Shown here one piece after another: positions 11,809-22,970 of a DNA stretch of 64,000 nt. This DNA comes from Cyanidioschyzon merolae (taxonomy: Eukaryota). Every line of letters starts with the position of its first letter. The stretch's first letter is position 1. Location: NCBI GenBank assembly GCA_000091205.1, contig AP006490.2, one strand, 5' to 3'. The notes under the pieces were generated by a model that saw only the letters and a program-made list of their open reading frames with translations, had not been told where the DNA came from and made no database searches. A program made the translations under genes and the position numbers.

Positions 11809-14800
11809 CTCGCGGAACATGCAGGTTTGATGCAAAGTGGTAACCGCTTCCCTTGCTACGAAAAACCATCTCGCAAACTGGAATTTTCTGGTTAGGTTCA
11901 ACGATCGCACGGACTCCAAAAACAGCTGACGACTGAGTGCTGTTGCCTCTGACCTGAGCGGCGCCCCGTTTCCCCTCCGGCGATGCTGGCGGAAGCTTGT
12001 ACTGAGACGCTTGCACCAAGATTCACCCCAGAGGCGCGCAGCATCTGCGACCAGACCGCAATAGCGCGTCTACAAACTCGAACAGACGGAACTAAGAACT
12101 GTTCGAAAAGAAGGTCGCGGGACACGCCGTCTCTGACGTCTCCGGGCGTAGCCGCCGCTACCCAGAGCGCACGCCGTCTGTTCACGCTAACAAGTCGTTG
12201 CAACTTGTGTATGATGCCGCAAACGGTTCCACGGCATTGAAGGCCTTTGGCAAAGGACGCGGTAAGATCAGCACCTGGAGCATTGCTGTTGAAAAAGAAT
12301 TCGCATTCCGCCCGGGCCTATGAGGAGCATTGTCCAGGAGACAAGCTGCGACGCCGGGTTCGCCACAAGACCCCGGCATTGAAATATGCTCTACTCGGAA
12401 TAATATTTCTGGAATACCTCTACCTGGATACCATTTCTGTGCTTGTTTGTATCTCTCGAAGGTATTCAACAAAAGGATACATCCTATGCACTGGAGAAAT
12501 GTTGAGCGAAGACATTATGCTGTTAATGGAAGTTTGCTACAAAGCGCTCGCTTGTCCAAGACAGTCATTCGAGCGATAGCAGGAGGATGAACTGCTCTTT
12601 TCGCAGTCCTAATCCTGAACGTCCTGCACCAGAACGGAACTCATGAAAATGCTATCTATGGGACTGTATAGTGGTCAATCCGCTCCACTCTATTCCTTCT
12701 GTGGAAAATGCTTCCGAAGAAGACAACGGATATGAAATATCCGCACCATTGATACGAACGACAGTGAACAATTGCTGATGGATAAAGAGAAAACCACGCT
12801 TTTTGGAAGACCGCTGCGCGTTCAAAAGCACACGATCGATTTCGTGCTGAAACGCGAACGCTTATATCATGCAAAGCTAATGATCGTCTCACCTGATGAG
12901 ACTTCATTCGGGAGGAATGGCATCTTTTTATGTGAGTCCTCCAAAAAAGGGAAACTGATGTTCGTGAAGAAGAGACAAGCGAGCATGCCGACAACTTCAG
13001 CATTAGCGGAGATTCTGCCGTGCGGTCGACTATAAATCGCCAAACGAACAGGACCATTGAATAATTCATGCTGCGTCGAAGCACTTTGCGGCCTGTACAT
13101 TCCACATTCTTCCGTCCTGCTCTTCCACAGCTTTGCTTTCCATGACTAAAATATGTTCATCGATTACACAGCTGAGATTCGTGCTGAGCTGCTCTTTTTA
13201 CCAACCTCTGATCCTCTTTCAAATCAGTCGAAGGCGCCTCCTTTTTCGAACGGCATTTCTACGCGCACAGATCGATAGACGACTCGTCCGTATCTTTGAT
13301 ACCCATGATCCTTCATAGGTCGTTCTCTACAGTCTCCAGCCCTGACCTGCTCTGCTGCTTCTCCGTGCGTGGGCATGTGGGAGCGGAGAGCCGCGCTGCG
13401 GTCCGTATGCATCTTCGCTATGGAAAGGTGGCGACGATGTACTCGAGGAACGCCAGATACGTGCAAATATAGAAAAGGCAAGTTTCGGTCCCATCGGCCA
13501 TCCAGCGCCTCCGAATTAGGCGAAAAAGAACGAATATCGAGGTTTTTGACTACAAAGATGCCACCACGCCAACTGAAGAAGCTGTGACCAAGGAGCAGAT
13601 CTCTGAGAACGAGTATAAAGCATTCAAATAACTTCGCGGAGAGCATTTCTGGAGCTCCTTCATGCTCTCTCGTTTAGAGGCCGGATAGCGGGAAGAATTT
13701 TCCAAGGACGACGGAGACCGATGGAATTTCAGTCTGTATGGAACTTGCGAAAACCTAAGCCTGGAATGAGCAACGAAACCCGTTTCCAACCGTTCGGGGT
13801 AAGGGAACAGAAATGCATCGTGGGGCGCGTCGTAGCCGTCTCCGTAGGTCTTAATCAAGACGAAGGAGCCCAAATTCTCAACAGAATGCGTACGAATCCG
13901 TTCAATTTATCCAGGCCTCGTTATAATCGGGAGGCGGCCATGGTCACCACCCTGAGGCATACTAACAAAGGGATGACGGCTTCAGCATACGAGTCTCGAC
14001 GCTCTGAGCACCGCTTCGAGAAGCAGAGACGCCTTGCACGCTTCTTTCCCGATAGTGTACATGAACTTCCATGGGGCTTTTTCGAACGATGTATGGCTTC
14101 GGTACATAAAGGTGTGCTGGGGTCAGCGACGGTTTCGGGTGTACGGCGGTAAGAGGCGTGCATTCGCCAACTAGTGCAATAAGTCGAAGAGGAATACAAT
14201 GGATAATTCGCGTCGTTTGGCGGTAGCATACGGTGCTGGTCGTGCTGGAGCGCGCAATAGTTGCGCTCCTGCTCCTTCGACGAGAGCGCACAAGGAGTGC
14301 AGGAATCATCCTGCGCGATTCCAATCGATACATTCGGTACGACGAACACGGTTCATGAGTACGAGTACGCACTGAAACAGTTGGATAGGAAGAGAATGAA
14401 CCAGGGACAGACGCACGAGATGTTGTGCGGTCAACTGCATGGACGTCAGATGGAGAGGCAACCGATCACGAGTTACTTCCTAAGGTTTGATGCTACAAGC
14501 GGCAATGCGCAAAAGCTCATCCCGTGCCGATACTTCAGCGCCTCGATTGACATCCGGAAATGTATCGTGCTTTCGGCGCCTTCAGTGGCTTAGAATCAAG
14601 CGAACGTTCGAGGGACTACTTTAGTATTGAGTATGAGCATTTTACTGGAACGCGTATCGCCTCTGATGAAAAGAAACAGTTGTCAGGAGAGAATGGACTG
14701 CATTCTAGACTGGAGGAAGACGCTGGAGCGATACGGTGCAGATATCCAGCAAAGCCACAGCGCCGTACCTATCCACGTAAAACGATTCTCCCAAGCAACT

Positions 14801-14913
14801 GGTAAACTATAATAGGGTTCTTTATTGTGCATAGCTGATTATATGGTTCTTTTAAGGAAGACTTTTCAAAAAAGGTTTGCAAACATCACGAATGTAGACT
14901 GTTGAATTATGAA

Positions 14914-16710
14914 CTAATCACCGATTTGCATGGAGATTGTCAAACAATCCGCTCCATCACCGTAAAACTGCATCGGACCGACGATACGATAGTCGTCGGA
15001 GAGGGCCCAGCTGTGCCGTTCTCTCTTGAAGTTCTGGAATATGGGACCCGCCATATCGACCACAGACTTGCTGATGACGGGGATATCCCGGCCTTTGCGG
15101 CGCTCGATGGTCATCATGGCGGTAAGCGGCACGCCGCCAACGTGCCACAGCTCAGGCGCCTGAGTCAAACCAGTTGCGCGGGCTATATAGCCATTGCATC
15201 CGTTTTCAACGAGACCTCCAGCAACGAGACCCAGTACATAGCAGTAGTTACAATCGAAATTCGATGGCAAGCCGCAGCGACCCTCATAGCCCAAAAAATG
15301 CGTCACCGCTGAGAATTTTCCCCGGTAGGTACCCTCTTGCTTGCGCTTCTCGAGTTCGCGCTCCACCATTTCCGCGACAAGTCGTTCTGACTCTATTTTG
15401 CTTACCTGCACATTGCCGTGAGGATCCCGGTCCATGCAAAGCTGAACCGCAAACGCAGATGGAAGTGAGCTCAGTAGCTCCGCGGATTCTTTGCTAAGCC
15501 TCTGGGCAATGCGGCGGATGACGACCAGAGACGCATCCGGATCGCCGAGGGCATTCGCCTCATCGGCTTCCTCGGAGGGATTCTGTGGTGCGTCTCCGGC
15601 GGCAACGCCGTTCCGCGCTGGTGCTTGAGCGAGCACTTCGTTCAGTTCTTGGATCAGGCTTTTGATATCGGGCATGAACTCGACGAGTCCTTCGGGCAGG
15701 ATAATGACACCGTAGTTCTTTGCAAGGGCGGCTCGCTCGCAGACCAGATCGGCAATTGTATCCACGATCATGCCCAAGGTTTGTTTGTGTGCAGCAACTT
15801 CTTCGCTGATAATCGCCAAGTTTGGATGTGTCTGGAGAGCCACCTCCAGTGTAATGTGTGAAGCAGAGCGCCCCATCAAACGGCAGATATGGTAGACTTT
15901 TTGCGCTGAAACGGCATCCAATGCCAGATTGGAGACAATTTCGGCATACAACTTGCAGGCAGAATCGAAACCAAAACTCGCTTCAATGTAGGCGTTCCGC
16001 AAATCGCCATCGATCGTCTTGGGAACGCCAACCACACAGGTCGTGCCACCTCTTGCAGCAATGTACTCTGCCAGTACACATGCATTGGTATTGGAGTCGT
16101 CACCACCGACAATGACAAGGCCGTCCAGTTGCAGACGTTCACAAGTGGTGAACGCAGCATCGAGCTGCTCAGGCGTTTCAATCTTGGTCCGTCCTGAGCC
16201 AAGCAAATGAAACCCGCCCTGATTGCGGTAGCGGAAGAGCGTCTCTTCTGTGATCTCCTTGTATTTGCCCTCGATCAGACCGGAAGGGCCTCCTAAAAAT
16301 CCAACTAATGAGCTAGAAATATTCCGGGAGGCTAAAAAGTCATGCAGACCGGCAAGAACATTGTGACCGCCAGGAGCAGGTCCGCCCGAAAACAGCACCC
16401 CCAAGCGTAGCGGTCGCCCGATGCTCATTGGCTTCTCACCGTCATGAAATGCGATCTCTACAATGGGCTTGTGATGAACGTGGGGAAACAACGCCTTGAT
16501 TCGTTCGTCATGGTCCATAGCGGACTGCGGTGACGAGGCGCGCCGCACCGTGAAAGCTCCCCGTAGTACCGGTGGGCATCGCGGCCGATACAAGTGCCGC
16601 TGCAGGGCGAGTGGCGTATGCTTCTCGACACGGATGCCAAGTCGTTTGCGCGATAGCTCAATCGCTTCCGGATCTTGCTCGTAGGGCAGCTTTGCAAGCG
16701 TCAGTGGCAT
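14914..16710 (-). CDS. Pyrophosphate-dependent 6-phosphofructokinase (PFP/PPi-PFK, long form)
   Basis: 598-aa ORF. GVLFSGGPAPGGHNVLAGLHDF, GFDSACK, MGR and the C-terminal extension are typical of group II/long PPi-PFKs. Confidence 0.85.
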   Translation of the reverse strand: MPLTLAKLPYEQDPEAIELSRKRLGIRVEKHTPLALQRHLYRPRCPPVLRGAFTVRRASSPQSAMDHDERIKALFPHVHHKPIVEIAFHDGEKPMSIGRPLRLGVLFSGGPAPGGHNVLAGLHDFLASRNISSSLVGFLGGPSGLIEGKYKEITEETLFRYRNQGGFHLLGSGRTKIETPEQLDAAFTTCERLQLDGLVIVGGDDSNTNACVLAEYIAARGGTTCVVGVPKTIDGDLRNAYIEASFGFDSACKLYAEIVSNLALDAVSAQKVYHICRLMGRSASHITLEVALQTHPNLAIISEEVAAHKQTLGMIVDTIADLVCERAALAKNYGVIILPEGLVEFMPDIKSLIQELNEVLAQAPARNGVAAGDAPQNPSEEADEANALGDPDASLVVIRRIAQRLSKESAELLSSLPSAFAVQLCMDRDPHGNVQVSKIESERLVAEMVERELEKRKQEGTYRGKFSAVTHFLGYEGRCGLPSNFDCNYCYVLGLVAGGLVENGCNGYIARATGLTQAPELWHVGGVPLTAMMTIERRKGRDIPVISKSVVDMAGPIFQNFKRERHSWALSDDYRIVGPMQFYGDGADCLTISMQIGD

Positions 16711-17399
16711 TTTTAGAGATCCGTCGCTTGAGAAACAAAGGAACGCGGCACACTATGAAATCCGGCTACTTGGAAGTGCGGATACGAACGATCAAGCGTG
16801 CAGAGAGATAGATCGGTGCGCTGCAGAGCTGATCCACGCTTCTCGGAAGTGCTGAAACAAAAGATCAAGCGTACGATGAACCAGATCACTGCCTCGCGGA
16901 CCTGATACACGCACAACTAGCCAGATCGAGCGCTACTCAAGTTCTGCACAGCCGTTGACTCTTCCAGTACCTTGGAGACACCAGGTTTTCAAAGCGCTAA
17001 CAAAGTTGCAGTTTAGCAGATCTGAAGAAGATCACAAAATCTCTCAACAAACGTATTCGAATCAGGATTACCAGGAAAAAACTGGTCACCGATAAGTCAC
17101 GATTCCGCGTACCAGGTGTGGCGTTCACGAATCCGTATCTATTGTATGCGCTGCTGCGGCGTCATCGCCGAGTGGCATCTCGCCGTTCGGTGAGGGATTC
17201 GTGGAGGCGTAGCGGTGGACGCCTGCGCTCGCCGCGCCTCATCGTGCGGCCTCCAGAGCGCATTCGATTCGCGATGCTCTGCGGCGTGTTTTGATTCTCT
17301 TCCGATGGACAGAGCGTCGTCGCCATTGACCATGGATTCCAGCTTGCGGGATGGATATTTTCATTCGGGAAAGCGTGCATCATGCTGCTGCACCCGACC

Positions 17400-17950
17400 T
17401 CCAAATTCCATTATTTATACTTGCTTTCGGGTGTACTGGTCGTTTTGTACGTTCCATCGTGTGCCGAGAACTTGACTGCACCCGCCTTAACGCTTATACC
17501 GCCGGAGCAGATGCATCACGGAGGCAGAACAGCGTTGCCATACCGCTGAGGGCGTCGGCTCGAGGCGTGGTGCAACTGACTTGGAATCTGGATTCAATAT
17601 CATTCTGGGCTCCTGAAAGTTGTGCTGATAGACCTACTGCCTGCGGCAGCGCGAAGCGATACACTAGGAGTCCACTGCGAACAGTGTGACGCTTAGGCGC
17701 AGCCCATCTGCTCATAGTTCCTGAGTGAACTGCGTTTCGGACATGCTGCTCAGATCTCGCCACAGCACCTGCCTCTGAGGGAGCGTATGAAGAATTCGCC
17801 TAGCAGACTCGTCCGGCTCGCTGGACCTTACGCCTGTAGGGTAAACTTTCGACATTACGGAGAGCTTTTCGTGCTTTTAACGCTTACCGTAGAGGGGCAA
17901 GGAGATTGTTATCTCGTTTCGAGTTCGTGGTCAGCCACTGTTCTTTTTAT
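17400..17950 (+). repeat. Rep1 copy A: ~550 bp interspersed repeat that forms the 5' module of the Fanzor-like element at 17400-20825
   Basis: Colinear with 51400-51950 (ctatcgtgtgccgag...cacggag.cagaac.gcg.tgcc.tacc...gggcgtcggctcgaggcgtg...ctaggagtccactgcga...ctcgccacagcacctgcc...agactcgtccggctcgc) and, over its first ~170 bp, with 56230-56400. Confidence 0.7.
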
Positions 17951-18211
17951 GCAGCGCGGTCGAGACACGCACCACCAAACCGAGCAGGAATGAGAAACGA
18001 CGCGCATCTCGCGGTTGAAGGGATATGCGATCCTGATCATTATCGCGTAGTTCTAAATTACAAGATGCGTCCAGGCTGAAGCCATGACAAAGTATAGTGT
18101 TTCATCTCAATTGTTTTTCGACCATCAAGTCAGTGTATTCACGTGATTTTTCGGGGCTTTATAGCAGAAGCGTTCTAAATACGTTCGTTTTCAAAGATAA
18201 GAAAGGAAAAA

Positions 18212-20220
18212 TTGGGGGGTGCAAGTCGAGGATCCTGGAGGGCCGGTATCGTCGGCTGCCGTAAAAAAAACGAAAAACAGAGCAGCATAAAGGGCAGCAA
18301 GACAAGACGAAGAACCAGAAGCAAGAGGCTATCAGAAACCGTGTCGCGTCCTCCTCCATGGGTGTTTGGGAGGCTTCTTCAAGGACGATGCATTTGGTGA
18401 AGGAGATGGATCGCGACGTCGCGGATATCAACACAGTCGAGGCTCCGGAAGAATTTTTTAACAAGACCTTCATCTGTCTCCTGATGCTTGACACGGGGGA
18501 AACGTCGAGGAGAAATGAGGGAGTGCACGCCCTCCACGAAAATCACGCCGAATTCCACTTCAACAAGACTAGATACAGGGGTGACGCGGATATTTATATT
18601 TACGGGGCCATCAAGTGCCTCATGAACCTGAAGAACCACTTGGCCATGAACGTCAAACGCTTCATGATACGTTCCATCTTTGCACCCTAGCCGGGCCTGT
18701 CTCGGAAAGAGATATGAGCATCATAAACGGCATCACGAACGATAGTAAGAATGAACAGGAGATCGAATTCGTCGACAAGAAGACATCACACAGGAGAATG
18801 AATGAAGCTTCTGTAAACCGTACGACTATTAAAGAGCACCGCGCGGCTCTGGGGCTGGTCAACCCAATAGAGAACGTATCAGATATGGAAAAAGATAAAA
18901 AAAGCTGTTCCCTTATACTGCGCTATGCCGTTTTTCTGAACCGAGAGCATGAACGCAAGGCAGTGATGGAGCCGGATGTGGAGCATAATGAAGAGTCGGA
19001 GAAATGGAAGGCTGCGCTTCCAGAGAAGCGCTTCAACGTCGTTCCGATATGCAACATCAAGTCGCATTTTGTGGCAATCGACTCCAGCGTCCTTCATGAC
19101 ATTATGAAGAGGATCAGTACGGAGTTCGATATAAGGAGGGAGGAATTTATTGGTGAAAACCCGTAGACTTACTGGTAAATTATATTCGACTTGAAGCGCG
19201 TCAACACGAGCAAGAGAAAGATTTTCAGGGCGACGATCGAAAGCGATGGAATCTCGGTATATGTGCACCCTGCAGGCGCCTAAAGGTAGATCGTCCAGTT
19301 CCGTCTTCGTTTTCGCACTTGACGGAGCAAGCAGACAAGAACGGGGTCCTGATGCGTACAAGGCACAGGAGAACGACTTCGTAGTCGGCGCGGATCTCGG
19401 GAACACGAATGTCATGACCGTAGCAGTAGCCAAGTGTGGGGAAGCTGGCATCGAAGGCAACTTACGACAAAAGGACATGCGTCTTTTAAAGTTCTCAATA
19501 GCGAGATACTACCGAGAATCGGGAATGGTGAATCCGAAGGGAAAAAGATAGAAATGGATCTCAGGAGTGAAGGGGCATCTGGGAGCGATCAGCCTGGTGA
19601 CTAGTCGAAGTGCGAACTTTCCAGCTTTGCGGGAATTCATGAAAGTTCGTGCTGCTCATGACGAGGAGCTGTGGAAAGAGTATACAAAGCCCCGGTGGGC
19701 TCGTCAGCGTATGAAATTGTACCATGGGAAGCGACATGCATTCTCCAATCTCTTCAACCAGTTGAGCGCTATCAAAGAGACCAAGAGTCAAAGGCTCGTA
19801 GTAGCATCCGGAGCAGGACGCTGAGCGTCAGGAAAAGGGAGCATACCGATTCCGTCGACTCCAGCGTACAAGGAGTGCGCACACCGTTTTGTCACAATAC
19901 TGGTAGGTGAGTTTCGAATGTCATGCATAGACCACGAGCTGGGGTGTAAAGTTCAGAAGGTCGAGATGGAAAAGTGCCAGCGGAGCGCTGAGGATATAGA
20001 AAAGCACGGAGAGCTGACAGAACAGGAAATGGAACGCAGGGCGCAAGTTCGAGGACGACACGCATTACTGATTACAGCCAACGAGCAGAGAAGCATGGAG
20101 TTCGTGAATCGAGACTTTGACGCCGCTACAGATATATGGAGATATGCGGTGCCGGAGAGGAGACTCCCGGCGCTGATGGGAGCGAATTTTCTCGAAATAC
20201 CACATAGCGAATGCATGTAG
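18212..20220 (+). pseudogene. TnpB-like (Fanzor-like) RuvC nuclease pseudogene, copy 1, broken into at least five frames
   Basis: Fragments 18358-18690, 18615-19166, 19246-19551, 19567-19824 and 19918-20220 are colinear with the copy-2 protein. It retains GADLGNTN (RuvC-I-like) and FVNRDFDAATDI (a degenerated NAAINI motif). Confidence 0.65.
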
Positions 20221-20931
20221 CTAACTTAGGCGTGCTTTCTAAGGATTAGTTCTCTCCCTGCTGTCATCAACACCAGTCTTTGCGGGATGTTCCTGCGCAT
20301 GCTTCATGTTTCTCTCTCTTAGCTCCGGCTTGGGATACGCTGGTGTCTCTGTTCCCAGCAGTTCTGCTGCCAAGAGATATTGATCGTTAATCACATTTTT
20401 CATAGCCAAATTTCGCAATGTCCGGCTATTACTGACGAATTTCATGCACAGGTGCAAGTCGCGATCGACGCTTCGCTTGCCATTTCCATCGTATTGTTTA
20501 CACGACCTGTGCCGCCTCTGCACCTGTGGCAATTTGCTCCAGTCCGGCGTACCCAGATGTCGATCGAACCTTCTTCGATGGCTGCCCTGTGGCACGTGAA
20601 CACTTGCTTTAAAGATCGGTGCACACCCTTGAGAGGTACAGAAGGCTCCGCTGGATGACCTCCTACTTTTCTGTTCCAGGTGCCGTTGCTTAGGGTCATG
20701 GGTTTCGTCTGGGAGACACCCCTGGCAATTACCCTGTCCGCTGCATGCGTCATCGCGCGCTGCTCCATTCGACAGAGGATTCGTTGAACGCAATACTTGT
20801 CGTGGCGAAACTAGTGCCAAAAGGAGAATTCATGTTGGAGAAAACGATGAGCGTTTTCGATCCGTTGACGCCCCGACGTGCAAAGCTATGACGCACGCGT
20901 CACTGGAAGTGATCGCTGCGATGACTGATGA

Positions 20932-21486
20932 CTATGCCCAAGACCCTTTTCCATGCAAACAGAAGAGAGGAGAGCCTCTGGGAGCAGATCCTGCGAGATG
21001 TATCATGTTTTTGTCGAATGTCGTTTCTTCTGTGACCATAAAGAAAGAAAGATTCGTATTTTGAACGAAATGGATTATTTGGCGTGAAAGGCTAAGTGAA
21101 CTTTTGGTATAAACTTGCGAACAAGTCTTCAGGAGACCACAACGTCGAATGTTTTTCGCTCGTCGATCCACCTGCTCGAATTGTGACGCCACGAGTTGCT
21201 TGGAAACACCAAGATCGATAACTTGAAGCATGCGTGAATTGAACATGCCGCACGTAATGAAAGGAGGAGAACGCAACCTTGCACTTCTGAACTGGATGAT
21301 TTTTTTCGATTCTTTTACGAGCCCTCGTTCGAGGGCATCGCGTATCACTTTGGTTTCGGTGACGTGACGAATTCCATCGACAAAAAGATTCGAGAGCGTT
21401 TTGCCCGATAAACAAGCGAGAATCCTAAGACTTCCTCTGAACCCATACGCCCTCATTACTGTGCTGTGAGTGTCGAGGCAGCGCAT
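20932..21486 (-). CDS. Hypothetical protein (184 aa), no confident family
   Basis: ORF only. Weak Rossmann-like stretch LRILACLSGKTLSNLFVDGIRHV. Confidence 0.2.
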   Translation of the reverse strand: MRCLDTHSTVMRAYGFRGSLRILACLSGKTLSNLFVDGIRHVTETKVIRDALERGLVKESKKIIQFRSARLRSPPFITCGMFNSRMLQVIDLGVSKQLVASQFEQVDRRAKNIRRCGLLKTCSQVYTKSSLSLSRQIIHFVQNTNLSFFMVTEETTFDKNMIHLAGSAPRGSPLFCLHGKGSWA

Positions 21487-22970
21487 CTACAAAACCTGAG
21501 AAAAAAGAAATCTTAGGGTAGGAACAGAGCGCGCAGCTCACTTTTCTATTTCTTTACTGAAACGAGTCTAAAAGTCCATGAAGGACCGTGTGCCCGAAAG
21601 AGAAAACCGTCCCGAGTCTGCGTTGCTCGCTGATGTCGTGATTGAAACTCGATGCTAGACGTATTCTTTACTTACGAGATTTTCCAAATGAGCCCATTCC
21701 AGAAACCTGTTGGTGGCTGCTCGATTTCTAGAGCCAGCTTGTGCACGCTGGCGGCCACCAGGTACAGGAAGAGCTAAACGCAGACTTGAAAAATAGGCCG
21801 CTCGGCAAGCAGGTGCCAACTGGCCAACGTAGCGCCCTAAGCTGCTTTGTAGTCGCACCTAACCATTCCATGCAGGATCGCAGAGGATGCAATTCATCGA
21901 TAGCTCTCCACCGTTGCGTGAGCATGCTTCCAATTCAACAACACGCTGGTATCACATCGGATCCATATACTGCATGCAGTTTTGCGAAGCATGCATCGAA
22001 CGAATGCATCGCTATCGATCCTATATACATTTTTGCATTTTCATACTCGTTTGTACTCCGTTTCGTGTTGTCCATGCGCTCATTTCCAGATTCTCGTCAA
22101 TTATCCTGGGTATTCGCAGATGGTGCAAGTCAGCGAGCATCCTGCAGCTGCCCCAAGTGAGATGCATTCTGTGAGCTCCTGGGTCCGAGTCTTCAAAATT
22201 ACATTGCTGACGGTTTCACTGCCAGAAAAATTATCTTCCGAATATTGACCGATCCTCAATTGCCACGGGAACATATCCACGCTCGCCGACAACGGGTCTA
22301 CTTGCGTAAGAGCAGGATCAGGCCGTGTATACACATCCGAGGATACCGTGCGAGCGCTCCAGTGAGCCGTACACCAAGTGTCTCTGTTCCGTGATATACG
22401 GTTAGCTCTAAACCGCAGTTCTGCCTCTATCGATGCGGTAATATGAACTTGAAACAGTCCTCCAGTAGACTTTTGCGGCAGAAACAAAGTAATCTATGCA
22501 GAAGCGTTTTTTTGCCCCGGAAACGCTTCTGAATAGTCGTTAGGCGTGATCGTCATCCGCTGAGGATGCAAACGCCTATCCGTAGACATCGTCTGACTTG
22601 AGTGCAAAACTCAAGCACGGCAGCACCATAACTTTGTGAACCTCAACAGGTCCCGCGCTTTGAGACACGCAGCCTGCACGCGTGTCGCCGACTCCACTCG
22701 AGCGCTGCTCGGCATATCGGGTGTTTTCAGCAGTCTCACAGGTCTTCTAAACACACCCCACACGTTGAAGAGAGGGCTCGCTGCCCTTTCTTTTTATAAG
22801 CCAGTGATCAGCGCTTGCCCCCGCAAACTACCTCGAGCAATTATCTGCAACGCACAGAGCGTACAGCTTAATGGACGGCCATTGAGATGTGCGCTGCGGC
22901 ATCGCTGTAGCCGCCTGGCAGCAAACACGCCGCTCGATGACGGTGGACTCTCGCGACTTGCAAACACGCG

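Larger units (their letters stand above)
17400..20825 (+). mobile_element. Complete-architecture but degenerate copy (copy 1) of a Fanzor/TnpB-like element: Rep1 | leader | fragmented nuclease ORF | Rep2
   Basis: Rep1 occupies 17400-17950 and a leader with a TATA-like motif 17950-18357. The ORF remnants in five frames at 18358-20220 are homologous to the 58610-60715 ORF. Rep2 at 20235-20825 overlaps the ORF stop. Confidence 0.7.

Noticed and set aside
17400-17950. Rep1 as a tRNA-derived SINE or a small ncRNA gene (snRNA/SRP-like)
   Set aside because: No convincing pol III A/B boxes. The best B-box-like match, ggctcgaggcg, is 7/11. There is no terminal A-rich tail. Its contiguity with the Fanzor-like leader in copy 1, and in degenerate form in copy 2, makes a transposon 5' module more parsimonious.
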